A stretch of DNA of 64,000 nt, taken from contig CAZQGQ010000001.1 of assembly GCA_964593365.1 (NCBI GenBank), positions 244,585-308,584 on the forward strand, read 5' to 3'. The translations under genes and the position numbers were made by a program. Below, piece by piece: positions 29,073 through 38,432 of the stretch. The notes under the pieces were generated by a model. It was given only the letters and a program-made list of their open reading frames with translations, was not told where the DNA came from and did not search any database. The first letter of the stretch is position 1; every line of letters begins with the position of its first letter. The stretch is from an uncultured Candidatus Saccharibacteria bacterium (lineage in GTDB: Bacteria; Patescibacteriota; Minisyncoccia; Phycocordibacterales; Phycocordibacteraceae).

Positions 29073-30290
29073 TTATTTCTTATTCCTTCGAAGGAAGGAG
29101 GGGATAGCGCCCCAGCTGTCGTCTTCCTCGACGACCGGCTTCAAATCGTCATCGTTTGCCTTGCGAGTCTTTGCGGTGACGATCGGTTCCTGCTTCTCCC
29201 TCTTCTCTTTCTCAACGACGGGAGCTTCTTCGCTCTTCATATCGTTGTAGATCTTTCCGCGTACTTCCTCCTGTTCCTTGGCTGGCATGGAGAAGAGAGA
29301 GCGAGAGGCGACTGGCGTGCCGTCTGCTGCAAGCTCAGGGAAACCGGTTGCGATCACAATGATGCGGATCTGGCCCTTCTTCAGCTTCTCGTCGCGCATG
29401 ATACCGAAAATGATCTTCGCGTTCTTGTCGACAGACTCTCCGATGACCTTCGCAGCTTCCTGGATCTCCAAGATACCGAGGTCCTCGTTTCCAGCGACGA
29501 CAAAGAGAACGCCGCGTGCGCCGTTAATAGAAACATCGAGGAGTGGGGAGTTGACCGCGTTTGCAGCAGCTTCCTTGGCTCGGTTGTCTCCCTCTGCGAT
29601 GCCGATACCCATGAGGGCAGGACCTGCGCCTTCGACGACTGCCTTGATGTCGTTGAAGTCGGTGTTGATCTCTCCTGGGGTCGTGATGATGTCAGAGACA
29701 CCTTCCACTGCTTGGCGCAGTATCTCGTCTGAAAGGGCGAATGCGGTCTTTGCTGAGGTGCCTGGCTCGACGATAGCGAGAAGCTTATCGTTAGGAATGA
29801 CGATGTAGGCGTCTACTTCCTTCTTAAGCTCGGCAAGACCCTGGTCTGCGATGTCTTTGCGCTGTGCGCCTTCAAAAGCAAACGGGCGAGTAACAACGGC
29901 AACGGTGAGTGCGCCGATCTCCTTTGCAATCTTTGCGACTGCTGGAGCAGCTCCTGTTCCTGTGCCTCCTCCCATACCGCAAGTGATGAACACCATGTCT
30001 GAACCCTGAAGCGCTTCCTGGATTTCCTGGCGGGTCTCTTCTGCTGCGCGTCGTCCGAGATCGGGGTTCATTCCCGTTCCAAGTCCGCGAGTCAGATTCT
30101 TGCCTATATGGATTTTGCGCTTTGCCTGCGATCGGTGGAGGTCCTGCGCGTCTGAGTTGACCGCGATGAACTCCACGTCTTTGACCTTCGAGGCGATCAT
30201 GTGGTTGACCGCATTGAGGCCTGAGCCACCAACGCCAACAACCCGGATTCGGGCGAATGTTTCAACTTCGGGCACGACGCGTTTGGACAT
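29073..30290 (-). CDS. ftsZ: cell division GTPase FtsZ
   Basis: Tubulin signature GGGTGTG (ITCGMGGGTGTGAAPAVAKIAKE) and N-terminal VVGVGGSGLNAVNHM. A terminator hairpin lies at 29048-29068. Confidence 0.95.
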   Translation of the reverse strand: MSKRVVPEVETFARIRVVGVGGSGLNAVNHMIASKVKDVEFIAVNSDAQDLHRSQAKRKIHIGKNLTRGLGTGMNPDLGRRAAEETRQEIQEALQGSDMVFITCGMGGGTGTGAAPAVAKIAKEIGALTVAVVTRPFAFEGAQRKDIADQGLAELKKEVDAYIVIPNDKLLAIVEPGTSAKTAFALSDEILRQAVEGVSDIITTPGEINTDFNDIKAVVEGAGPALMGIGIAEGDNRAKEAAANAVNSPLLDVSINGARGVLFVVAGNEDLGILEIQEAAKVIGESVDKNAKIIFGIMRDEKLKKGQIRIIVIATGFPELAADGTPVASRSLFSMPAKEQEEVRGKIYNDMKSEEAPVVEKEKREKQEPIVTAKTRKANDDDLKPVVEEDDSWGAIPSFLRRNKK

Positions 30291-30451
30291 AGGTTTTTAT
30301 TAGCTTATTTGCCGATTTCGCTCATCATACTACAGAACCTCCTCTTGCAAATGGTTGACAATAGGGACGAGAATGTCGTGTTTATAAAAAGAAAGTCCCC
30401 GCCTTACGACGGGGGCAGTCAATCAAATGACCTTGCGAAGGTCACTAGTCT

Positions 30452-30739
30452 TCAGGAAGCGTGCGCGAACGCTTCTCCAGCCTTGTATTGTAACCAGAGC
30501 CCGACTTCAGCGCGTCTTCGTTCTTCGACCCGGTCTGCAAATGCACACGTTCCCTGGAAATTAGGATTCGCATACACTCGCTTCTTGAGTACCAGAAACT
30601 CGGACGAAAGTTGGCGCGGGGGCAGGAGCACGTTTGAAAGCTCCTTTCCCTGCGCTATCGCTTTGTGCAGCTCCGGAAAGTCTTCCGGCGGGTAGAGGCG
30701 TTTGGCTTCTTCCGTGAAGGTAGTTGTGTACGTTGGCAT
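30452..30739 (-). CDS. hypothetical 95-aa protein between ftsA and ftsZ
   Basis: Same-strand ORF in the ftsA-ftsZ intergenic gap. No recognisable motif. Confidence 0.35.
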   Translation of the reverse strand: MPTYTTTFTEEAKRLYPPEDFPELHKAIAQGKELSNVLLPPRQLSSEFLVLKKRVYANPNFQGTCAFADRVEERRRAEVGLWLQYKAGEAFAHAS

Positions 30740-30820
30740 CGTTCCCCCCTTGGGAAATGACGTTCGGACTCACGTGGCCTCCGACAGGCTCACTCAGTAT
30801 CTACTCAAAGCTTCCTTTCT

Positions 30821-31990
30821 TCAAGGAAGGAATTGCCTAAAGAATTTTGAAATGATGCGCGTGGTTCCAGCAAATGCGGGGCGAGCTGGGGTGTCCGTGT
30901 CTCCGGTGAGCCCCCAAAGCGCAAGTCCGTATGCAACGGCCCACGTCGCGTCCCGGATCTTCGTTTCAGGAGGAACTTGCAGATCTGCAATGCGTGAGGG
31001 AAGCGCAAGCGCGCCGCGTGCGATCTCGCTTACCGATCCCTGGCCGCTACCGCCGCCTGACAAAATAATTCCAGCAGGAAGGCTGCCGCGTTTTCCTAGC
31101 GTCTTCAAATGCTTGTCGACGAGCTCAAACATATGGCGGAAGCGAGAGGTGATGACCTCATCTACTTTGCGTTTCGGGTACATGGATCCGCCAAGGCGTC
31201 CCGTTTTGATGCGCTCAGCGTCTTCAAGCGAGACCCGAAAGCCAAGCGCAAGGTCGTCAGTGATGCCGGTAGACCCGGCTGGAAAGACTTTGATCGAGAC
31301 CGGTACGTTCTCGTCATAGACCACGATGGAAAGCGTCTCTGCTCCGATGTTCGCCAAGACGCATCCTTTCATCTTCTGGTCCTTCGTGAGGGTCACGTAG
31401 GAGCCTGCAAGCGGGGAAGCCATGCAATCGACTACTTCTATGTCTGCAGCTTCCGCAGCTCCCTGGAGCATGTCTGCGTGGCTCTGGAGGCACGTGACAA
31501 ACAAGTACTCGCCTTCGATTCTCGTACCTTTCATGCCGCGTGGGTCTCCAAGGGCTTTCGTCCCGTCTACGCGAAACTCAAGCGGGATCTCATGCAAGAC
31601 TTTGCGATTAAGGAAATGAGGCTCGGCAGCCTGGCGAGCGCTATCAAGCACTTTCTCTATATCTAAATCAGTGATCTCGGCATCAGCGCGAGAGATGATG
31701 GCTTCGCCTGTCGCTCTCGCTTCATCAAGTGAGATGCCGCCAATTGCGAGGAATGCGTTCTTAATCTTGGTACGCGCTGCAGCTTCAGCTTGGGCCACTG
31801 CCGCTCGGACGCCCTCAGCTGCGTCTTCGAGATCAACGACGTAGCCGTGGCGCATGCCGCCAGAGGGCGCCATGCCAGTTCCGACGATCCGGAGCTGTGA
31901 GCCGTTTTGGGTAGGGACTTCCTCAACGACGACGACTTTCGTCTGGTGCGTTCCGAGGTCGATGCCCGTTGCGATTCTTCGTCGTGTCAT
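30821..31990 (-). CDS. ftsA: cell division protein FtsA
   Basis: Actin-fold N-terminus IATGIDLGTHQTKVVVVEE and the full five-motif ASKHA fold. Confidence 0.9.
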   Translation of the reverse strand: MTRRRIATGIDLGTHQTKVVVVEEVPTQNGSQLRIVGTGMAPSGGMRHGYVVDLEDAAEGVRAAVAQAEAAARTKIKNAFLAIGGISLDEARATGEAIISRADAEITDLDIEKVLDSARQAAEPHFLNRKVLHEIPLEFRVDGTKALGDPRGMKGTRIEGEYLFVTCLQSHADMLQGAAEAADIEVVDCMASPLAGSYVTLTKDQKMKGCVLANIGAETLSIVVYDENVPVSIKVFPAGSTGITDDLALGFRVSLEDAERIKTGRLGGSMYPKRKVDEVITSRFRHMFELVDKHLKTLGKRGSLPAGIILSGGGSGQGSVSEIARGALALPSRIADLQVPPETKIRDATWAVAYGLALWGLTGDTDTPARPAFAGTTRIISKFFRQFLP

Positions 31991-32378
31991 TGTTAGTAGT
32001 ACTAGAAGCGAGACGCTTAAGAAGCGCTCGTTCCGCTTTCTCCATTGTAGGCCCGTGTGCCCTTCCTTTCAAATGCATAAGTCCGTGGATAAAAAGAAAG
32101 AGGACGAAAACGGGGTACGACATCTCGTAACTTTTTGCTTGGCGAGCGGCTTCTGGAAGGCAGATAACGATCTCTCCGCTTTTCACACCAGCCTCATAGG
32201 AGAGAACATTCGGGACATAGGACTTGCCTCTAAGCGATTCGTTCATCGACTTCGCGCGCGCGTCTCCGACAAACACGAGCGAGACTTCCCAGGAAGGGAG
32301 AACGGATTTTGCAGCAGCGTCAAACGCACAACGAGGCGCTTGGCGCCTCGTCATGTTTCGTATGCTCACTCCCTGCAT
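31923..32378 (-). CDS. ybeY: endoribonuclease YbeY
   Basis: HGLMHLKGRAHG matches the YbeY zinc motif H-G-x-L-H-L-x-G-x-x-H. The ORF overlaps the ftsA start by about 68 nt. Confidence 0.8.
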   Translation of the reverse strand: MQGVSIRNMTRRQAPRCAFDAAAKSVLPSWEVSLVFVGDARAKSMNESLRGKSYVPNVLSYEAGVKSGEIVICLPEAARQAKSYEMSYPVFVLFLFIHGLMHLKGRAHGPTMEKAERALLKRLASSTTNNDTTKNRNGHRPRNAPDESRRR

Positions 32379-32383
32379 GCGGT

Positions 32384-32644
32384 TTACTTCTTTCGCCCGC
32401 GAGTACGTGCTGAAAGGTCGATCTTGCCGAGCTTCACGAGCTCGTTGAACTTATCGCGGCGCTCGCCTGCAACCATCGCTCGCTTGTGGTCCACGTTCTT
32501 GGACTTCTGGCGCTCGAAGTAGCGGCGCTTGCGCATCATGCGCACGAGGTTGAGGCCCTGCGCGCGGCGGGAGAATCGGCGGATGAGCGAGGTCGAACTT
32601 TCGTTCTTTCCGCGCTTAACCTCTACACGTACTGCATTGATCAT
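32384..32644 (-). CDS. rpsU: 30S ribosomal protein S21
   Basis: Basic 86-aa protein with IRRFSRR...RKRRYFERQKSK, matching the S21 pattern. Confidence 0.7.
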   Translation of the reverse strand: MINAVRVEVKRGKNESSTSLIRRFSRRAQGLNLVRMMRKRRYFERQKSKNVDHKRAMVAGERRDKFNELVKLGKIDLSARTRGRKK

Positions 32645-32723
32645 GTGAGGAGAAATCTAACATACCCCCAGGTGGAAGGCAACAATTTGGCTGCTTGAGA
32701 TAACCTAGAAAATTTCCTATATA

Positions 32724-32752
32724 TTGACAATATCGTTTTTACGTATTAAAAT
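32724..32752 (+). promoter_or_regulatory. consensus sigma70 promoter (TTGACA-17 nt-TAAAAT)
   Basis: An exact TTGACA at 32724-32729, a 17-nt spacer and TAAAAT at 32747-32752 lie in an AT-rich stretch about 30 nt upstream of ORF 32783. Confidence 0.6.
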
Positions 32753-32782
32753 ACTTGCTGGCAATAACGCCAGCAATGGGGT

Positions 32783-33019
32783 TTGAACATGTCGGTGATC
32801 GAAGCAATCTTGATGTTGTGTGCAGTCGGTGTGGTAATGGGGGTTGGATCCCCACTCTGGCTCATCTGGCAACGGATGACGCGCAGTTTGACAGCGGTGG
32901 ACGTGGTTCTTGGAGTGCTGGTTACGGCCGGCGGCTTCTTCCTCCCATACGCATTCTTTTACCTCTCCGATGATTGGGTCCAAACCAGTCTGCGACAATA
33001 TCTCGAATCTCGATTCTAA
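32783..33019 (+). CDS. small hypothetical membrane protein (2 TM)
   Basis: 78-aa ORF directly downstream of the consensus promoter, with two hydrophobic helices. Confidence 0.45.
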   Translation: MNMSVIEAILMLCAVGVVMGVGSPLWLIWQRMTRSLTAVDVVLGVLVTAGGFFLPYAFFYLSDDWVQTSLRQYLESRF

Positions 33020-33103
33020 GACGAGGGCGACGCTTAAAGTAAAGCGTCGCCCTAGCCATTTATATAGTGAACTTAGCTGGATGTCGGGAATTTGAAACGT
33101 CTT

Positions 33104-34243
33104 CTATGCAACCGCACGAAGCCTATCAATAAGAAATTCAAGCGGGATCGAGGACTCTGAATGGGTCTCGCGCTCTCGAAGGATGACTGAGCGCTCCAAC
33201 GCTTCCTTGCGGCCCATGATAAGGAGGTAGGGAGGGTTCAAGCTCTCTGCGTAACGCATCTGCTCGGCCAAAGACTCAACGCCAAGGATCTGAGCGAGCG
33301 GAATCTTTGCTTTTCGAAGGTGGTCTGCCATTTTCATACTCTCTCGCTTCGCTTCGTCTCCGATGTGCACGAACACGAATCGCGGATTCTTCCGTTCTTT
33401 GAGGGGAGCGATGTTTGAGCGCGCTTCAGTCGACACGCGAACGACAGCTCCGACAGATGACAATGCTCCCTTGAAGAAATGCTTTGCAAGGTCCACGTAG
33501 CGGGAACCCCACGCACTCACGCGCTCTCCAGCTTGAATCTCAAAGCAGGTATCGTTCCAAGATCCTCCGCGAGAGAGCAGATGCGGAGCAAGTTCGTATG
33601 ACGTATCAGTCGCTTCAAGATATTCGAGGACTCCTTCAAAGTGTTTGCGGCTTGCTTCGGAGAGGTGATCGGTCGAGGACGGAAGATTTTCAGGCGAGAG
33701 CGGGATGAGCATCTCCGCTGCAGCAAACACATCGTCTTTGGCGCGTTCTGAGCAATCAGTAGGCAAGGTGCCTGCGCGCTTGCGGAAGTAATGCGTAAGC
33801 TCGCGCGTAAGCCGTGCTCGCGTCTCGCGGTCTCCCATCGAATTGATGCGAAGCGATGAGTCCACTTTCCCAAGTTCAGAGGCAAGCGAGCGGACAGCGC
33901 GGATCAATACCGCGTCTGCGATCGCGCGATCCGCGCCTATGGCATGGAACTGGATGATGATCTGTTTTGGAGAGGTGCGTCCTGGAGCGGCGTTGGTGTG
34001 CCAGAGGAAAAGTGGGCGTCCGACAGCGGGAGCAAGTCCTGCATCTTTGACTCGCTTCAAGAATCCGACGACTTCGCGTGCTGAAGGATCAAGCGCGTCA
34101 AGAGAAAGGCCATCGGGGAATGCGGTCTTCTGCGCGCTTGCGCGACTCTTGGAAGCTGCAGAGGAGAAGGATTCAAACCCGTAGTAAGCACCAACAGCGT
34201 GCGCGCGCTTCAAGACGTCTACGGGATCTAGTGTGGTGTTCAT
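33104..34243 (-). CDS. histidyl-tRNA synthetase-like class II aaRS paralog (divergent motifs)
   Basis: INSMG block, QFHAIG (motif-2 end), WGSRYVDL (motif 3, in place of GGGRYDGL), and a C-terminal HGTP-type anticodon-binding domain (RFVFVHIGDE...YLLIMGRKE). The N-terminal motif-1 region is poorly conserved. Confidence 0.5.
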   Translation of the reverse strand: MNTTLDPVDVLKRAHAVGAYYGFESFSSAASKSRASAQKTAFPDGLSLDALDPSAREVVGFLKRVKDAGLAPAVGRPLFLWHTNAAPGRTSPKQIIIQFHAIGADRAIADAVLIRAVRSLASELGKVDSSLRINSMGDRETRARLTRELTHYFRKRAGTLPTDCSERAKDDVFAAAEMLIPLSPENLPSSTDHLSEASRKHFEGVLEYLEATDTSYELAPHLLSRGGSWNDTCFEIQAGERVSAWGSRYVDLAKHFFKGALSSVGAVVRVSTEARSNIAPLKERKNPRFVFVHIGDEAKRESMKMADHLRKAKIPLAQILGVESLAEQMRYAESLNPPYLLIMGRKEALERSVILRERETHSESSIPLEFLIDRLRAVA

Positions 34244-34788
34244 TGCGGGAGGACAACGGCGCCAGGCAATACGCCTGCGTTTGCGACCGGGAAGATGCGC
34301 ACGTACGCGCGTCCCATGATGTCTTCGCGAGGAAGCGCCCCCCAGACCCTTGAGTCCGAGCTTTTTGGTCGGTTATCTCCCATGGCAAAGAACTGATCGG
34401 GTCCCAAGGTGCTTGTGAGCGTGTAGGTAGCGTCTTCAGAGACCACATACGGCTCATCAAGAATGACTGTTTCGCCCTCTGCGGTGGTAACGGTGACGGT
34501 ACCGCGCTCGATACGAACTGTTTCTCCAGGAAGACCGATCAAACGCTTGATATAAAAGACGCGCGGATCGTTCGGGTAGCGGAATACGACAACGTCGCCA
34601 CGAGACGGCTCATTAAAGCGGTAGGAAAGCTCATCAATGATGAGGTAATCACCGTTCTCGAAGGTTGGATACATCGAGAGGCCCTCGACAACAAACGGCT
34701 GCGCGATAAACACGCGGATGGGGACGACAATAAGTACTGCGAGAATCACCAGAACGACAATTTCTCGAAGAGCTCTCATGGTCGCCAT
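34240..34788 (-). CDS. lepB: signal peptidase I
   Basis: Catalytic Ser block GLSMYPTF, Lys block YIKRLIGLPGE and box E GDNRPKSSDSR. Confidence 0.85.
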   Translation of the reverse strand: MATMRALREIVVLVILAVLIVVPIRVFIAQPFVVEGLSMYPTFENGDYLIIDELSYRFNEPSRGDVVVFRYPNDPRVFYIKRLIGLPGETVRIERGTVTVTTAEGETVILDEPYVVSEDATYTLTSTLGPDQFFAMGDNRPKSSDSRVWGALPREDIMGRAYVRIFPVANAGVLPGAVVLPQ

Positions 34789-34852
34789 TGTACGCTTCGC
34801 TTTTTGACGCGCAAGTTTTCGGGGGCGCCCCTATGCGGTACACTAGAAACCA

Positions 34853-35449
34853 ATGGCGTTTGTACTAGTCGGACTGGGAAATCCGGGTAACGAATATGAG
34901 AAGACGCGGCACAATGCAGGACGCCGCGTTGTCGAACTCTTTGCAAAAAAGCACGGCTTCCCAGAATTCGTCCTCAAAAAGGGAGCGAACGCGCTCATCT
35001 CTGAAGGAACGGTCGGAAAAAACAAGGTAATACTCGCGCTTCCCGAGACCATGATGAACCGTTCGGGAGTTACCGCAGCTGCGCTAGTGAAAAGCGTGAA
35101 GGCTGCCAAGCAGATGCTCGTGATTCAAGACGAACTTGATATGCCGCTAGGCGCTCTGAAGATGGTGTTCGGGCGAAACTCAGGAGGACATAAGGGAGTC
35201 GAGAGCGTGATGCGTGCGGTGAAGACGAAAGAGTTCGCCAGGCTTCGCGTTGGAATCTCAGGAGCCGGAAAGAAGCATCAAGCCAAGAAACCATCTGGCG
35301 AAGAGAAGGTTGTGAAGCACGTCATTGGAAAATGGAAACCGACCGAAGAAGCGCTTTTGAAAAAAACACTCGCCAAGGCAAGCGATGCGGCGTACGCGTT
35401 CATTGAGGAAGGACTTGAGAAAGCGATGCAGCAGGCAAACACAAAATAA
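34853..35449 (+). CDS. pth: peptidyl-tRNA hydrolase
   Basis: MAFVLVGLGNPGNEYEKTRHNAGR is the canonical Pth N-terminus. Confidence 0.9.
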   Translation: MAFVLVGLGNPGNEYEKTRHNAGRRVVELFAKKHGFPEFVLKKGANALISEGTVGKNKVILALPETMMNRSGVTAAALVKSVKAAKQMLVIQDELDMPLGALKMVFGRNSGGHKGVESVMRAVKTKEFARLRVGISGAGKKHQAKKPSGEEKVVKHVIGKWKPTEEALLKKTLAKASDAAYAFIEEGLEKAMQQANTK

Positions 35450-35451
35450 GT

Positions 35452-36213
35452 ATGCAGAAGACCTATCCCTTTCGAACGCGCTTTGGAGCTGACATCGTCA
35501 CGGAGTTTCTTCCTCCTGTCCGCCATTCAAACAAAGTCGTGATCCTGACAGCGGGATGTCCTGGATATCCAGGCGGCAAAGAAACGCTCATGCATCTTCT
35601 GGCAAGTAGAGGCTACTGGTCCTTTGTTCCGCGCTACCGAGGAACGTGGGAGAGCGGGGGAACATTCTTGGAATACGCGCCAAACGAAGACGTGATCGCC
35701 GTCATGGACGGGATGCAGGAAGAATTCTACGACCTGTGGAGCGGGTCCGAGTATCGCGTGCAAAACCCAGAAATCTATTTGATCGGAGGATCCTTCGGAG
35801 GAGCAGCGGCGCTTCTTGCCTCTCGCGATCCTCGAGTAAAGAAAGCGGCAACCATCTCCGCTGTTGTTGATTGGAAGAAGCAGGAGCAGACCCTAGAGCC
35901 GCTCCATCTTATGAGCGAGTACGTTCCGCAGGCCTTTGGCCAAGGATATCGTTCGGATCCGTCCGTCTGGATGAAGCTTGCTGCAGGCGGTTTTTATAAC
36001 CCAGAAGAAGAGAAGGAATCGATCGATGGGAAGAAGCTCCTCATGATCCACGCCAAGAACGACATGGTGGTGCACTTTGCGCCTGCACTTGAGTTTGCAA
36101 AGAGCGTGGGCGCGCAGTTTGTCGCGCTCTCGTATGACGGGCATATGGGAGTGGGAGCTGCAGGAGAACCGAAGCTCTTCCGGCGCATAGAGAAGTTTTT
36201 CAGGACAAAATAG
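35452..36213 (+). CDS. alpha/beta hydrolase (dienelactone hydrolase/S9-like)
   Basis: Nucleophile elbow GGSFGG, plus the late-catalytic Asp/His region HAKNDMVVHF. Confidence 0.7.
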   Translation: MQKTYPFRTRFGADIVTEFLPPVRHSNKVVILTAGCPGYPGGKETLMHLLASRGYWSFVPRYRGTWESGGTFLEYAPNEDVIAVMDGMQEEFYDLWSGSEYRVQNPEIYLIGGSFGGAAALLASRDPRVKKAATISAVVDWKKQEQTLEPLHLMSEYVPQAFGQGYRSDPSVWMKLAAGGFYNPEEEKESIDGKKLLMIHAKNDMVVHFAPALEFAKSVGAQFVALSYDGHMGVGAAGEPKLFRRIEKFFRTK

Positions 36214-36254
36214 GCTTCGAATTCTAGCCCGCTACACTACGATATACTTCTTCT

Positions 36255-36602
36255 ATGGATCATAAACAACTTAGCATAGGCTTCGTAGCGCTCGTAATAG
36301 GGCTAGGCGTGGGATACATGCTTAATACAACCCCCGTGCAGGTTGTTGAGGACGACACTGCCATGCATGGTGAAATGGAAAGCATGACAGGAGGTCTAAA
36401 AGGAAAAGTAAGCGATGATTTTGATAAGGCCTTTCTTGCAGAAATGATTGTGCACCACGAGGGCGCTATAGATATGGCGGAGGCAGCACTTCAAAACGCT
36501 AAGCACGAAGAGATAAAGACTATGGCAAATGCAATCATCTCTGCACAGACATCTGAAATCGTTCAGATGAAGGAGTGGCTGAGCAACTGGTACGGACAAT
36601 AA
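36255..36602 (+). CDS. DUF305 family protein (copper-stress associated four-helix bundle)
   Basis: DFDKAFLAEMIVHHEGAIDMA and a second histidine-containing helix, plus an N-terminal TM. Confidence 0.7.
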   Translation: MDHKQLSIGFVALVIGLGVGYMLNTTPVQVVEDDTAMHGEMESMTGGLKGKVSDDFDKAFLAEMIVHHEGAIDMAEAALQNAKHEEIKTMANAIISAQTSEIVQMKEWLSNWYGQ

Positions 36603-37228
36603 TGAGCCTCACTACTCTTAGGCGCCCTCTCGAATCATTCGGATTTGTCGAACGAGAGCGGCGTAACGGCAAGCAACTACATTTCAAATGCGAGAGAGAT
36701 TTCCTGTATTTCTGTCTCAATTTCTACTTTCCTGAGAAGTTCAATGCTTCGGCATGCAATCCAGAAGACATTGATCAGAGAAAACTCTTCGGGACACCAG
36801 TTCCTAAATATCTCGCTTGGACACAAATTCAATATTTCGATATGCCCGCTTTTTTCAAAAAGCACGGTCTCACGTTGTATATCAATAACCAGAAAATATC
36901 CTCCTATTTCAGCTTGATGTGGGCTATTTTGTTTTCAAGATTATCTCTAGATGAAGCGATGATCTCTCTTGAAGCCAATATAAATAACAATATCGCTTGT
37001 GCCATTGATATCCCTATAGAAAAGAAGAAATTTGTCCTCCTCGATCATGTAATGTTCGTCTATGGCTACGACAGTGAAAACGCCTACGTGTTTGATACCC
37101 TTACAGTTCCTGGACTTGCCTACGAAAGAATAAGAGACGACATACACTACTTTAAGTTGCCACGAGCAGTAATCGAGAAGAACTGGTGTCTATTTGGTCG
37201 GGTGTGGAGGGTGGAAAAGACTGCATAG
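36575..37228 (+). CDS. hypothetical protein (AT-rich island gene 1)
   Basis: 217-aa ORF of markedly lower GC. Repeat R1 follows its stop codon directly. The start may be the ATG at about 36602. Confidence 0.45.
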   Translation: MAEQLVRTIMSLTTLRRPLESFGFVERERRNGKQLHFKCERDFLYFCLNFYFPEKFNASACNPEDIDQRKLFGTPVPKYLAWTQIQYFDMPAFFKKHGLTLYINNQKISSYFSLMWAILFSRLSLDEAMISLEANINNNIACAIDIPIEKKKFVLLDHVMFVYGYDSENAYVFDTLTVPGLAYERIRDDIHYFKLPRAVIEKNWCLFGRVWRVEKTA

Positions 37229-37256
37229 GGTTCCAACATCGTCCCAGACAGCCAGC
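37229..37256 (+). repeat. island repeat R1: GGTTCCAACATCGTCCCAGACAGCCAGC
   Basis: Identical to R3 over all 28 nt. It begins at the first base after the TAG stop. Confidence 0.8.
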
Positions 37257-37282
37257 TAATAAGTTTATGCTACAGTCTTGTC

Positions 37283-37828
37283 ATGATTAAGATCACGTAC
37301 TTCGTACACGGTACGACCGTAGATAACCAAAATGACATTTCTTCCGGCTGGTCGGATGCTCCACTTTCCGAACTTGGTATTCAGCAGTCCAAAGATCTCA
37401 GGGAGCAAACGAAAGATATGCATTTCGATGTGGTCTTTTGTTCAGATTTACAACGCGCACAGATTTCGGCAGAGCTTGCCTGGAAAGGTCTGTACGAAAT
37501 CATTCCTGATGCTCGTCTTCGAGAATGTAATTATGGGGATTTAAATGGAGGACCATCGGAGATCGTCGAGCCGCTCCAGGAAAAGGAAATGCATTACAAA
37601 CCCTTTCCTGGGGGCGAAAGCTATGAAGACGTTAAGAATCGCGTAGCTGACTTTCTCGAGTTTCTTAAAGCAAACTATGACGGTAAGCATGTCGCTCTTG
37701 TGGGCCATAAGGCCCCTCAGCTTTCGCTCAATGTCTTACTTAAAGGCATGACCTGGGATGAGGCGCTCGCAAGCGACTGGCGCAAGACTAAGTCATGGAA
37801 GCCAGGTTGGGAATATCAGCTAGATTAA
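37283..37828 (+). CDS. histidine phosphatase (phosphoglycerate mutase) superfamily protein
   Basis: YFVHGTTVDN...GWSDAPLSELGIQQ...FDVVFCSDLQRAQISA follows the branch-1 His-phosphatase pattern. The usual RHG reads VHG here. Confidence 0.65.
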   Translation: MIKITYFVHGTTVDNQNDISSGWSDAPLSELGIQQSKDLREQTKDMHFDVVFCSDLQRAQISAELAWKGLYEIIPDARLRECNYGDLNGGPSEIVEPLQEKEMHYKPFPGGESYEDVKNRVADFLEFLKANYDGKHVALVGHKAPQLSLNVLLKGMTWDEALASDWRKTKSWKPGWEYQLD

Positions 37829-37835
37829 GCAAAAA

Positions 37836-37863
37836 AGTTCCAGCATCGTCCCAGACAGCCAGC
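37836..37863 (+). repeat. island repeat R2: AGTTCCAGCATCGTCCCAGACAGCCAGC
   Basis: 26 of 28 nt identical to R1. It begins 8 nt after the TAA stop and is preceded by an A-run. Confidence 0.8.
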
Positions 37864-37883
37864 AATAAGTTAGAATTGAACCT

Positions 37884-38432
37884 ATGGATTCAAGGATTCT
37901 GAATGTAATAGATCAAGAAGGGAATATTGTTCGTGAAGCTACACGGGAGGAAATACATAAGAACGGTCTTCTGCACGCTGAAGTGCATGTCTTGTTTTAC
38001 ACACCAGATAGGAAAGTCATCTTTCAACATCGTGCAAAAGACAAGGACACTTATCCAGATCTTTTGGATGCGACTGTTGGAGGTCATGTCGAACCTGGCG
38101 ACACTTATGAAGAAACAGCGTTGAAAGAAGCTGGAGAAGAGGTGGGTATTTCTGTAGATCCCAAAAGCCTTATCCCTCTTCGCACAGTTATAACAAAATC
38201 ATATGATGAGGTAACGGGAACCATCAATCATCCGAGGCGCAGTATTTATGCATATCGATACGAGGGTGCGTTAGAGGACTTACGTATCGAAGAAGGGAAA
38301 GCGATTGGGTTTGAGGCCTGGTCTATCGATAAGCTTTTTGCTTTAACAATAGACGAGCAGAAGAAGTTCATTCCACTACTTATTGGAGATATTTACATCG
38401 ATATCTATAAACAAATTCAAGATTTAATATGA
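37884..38432 (+). CDS. NUDIX hydrolase
   Basis: Nudix box GGHVEPGDTYEETALKEAGEEVGI (G-x5-D-x7-KEAxEExGI). Confidence 0.7.
   Translation: MDSRILNVIDQEGNIVREATREEIHKNGLLHAEVHVLFYTPDRKVIFQHRAKDKDTYPDLLDATVGGHVEPGDTYEETALKEAGEEVGISVDPKSLIPLRTVITKSYDEVTGTINHPRRSIYAYRYEGALEDLRIEEGKAIGFEAWSIDKLFALTIDEQKKFIPLLIGDIYIDIYKQIQDLI

Noticed and set aside
31923-31990. Frameshift or pseudogene explaining the 68-nt ybeY/ftsA overlap
   Set aside because: Both reading frames are intact and both proteins have complete conserved motifs. The overlap is more likely a start-site ambiguity than a disruption.
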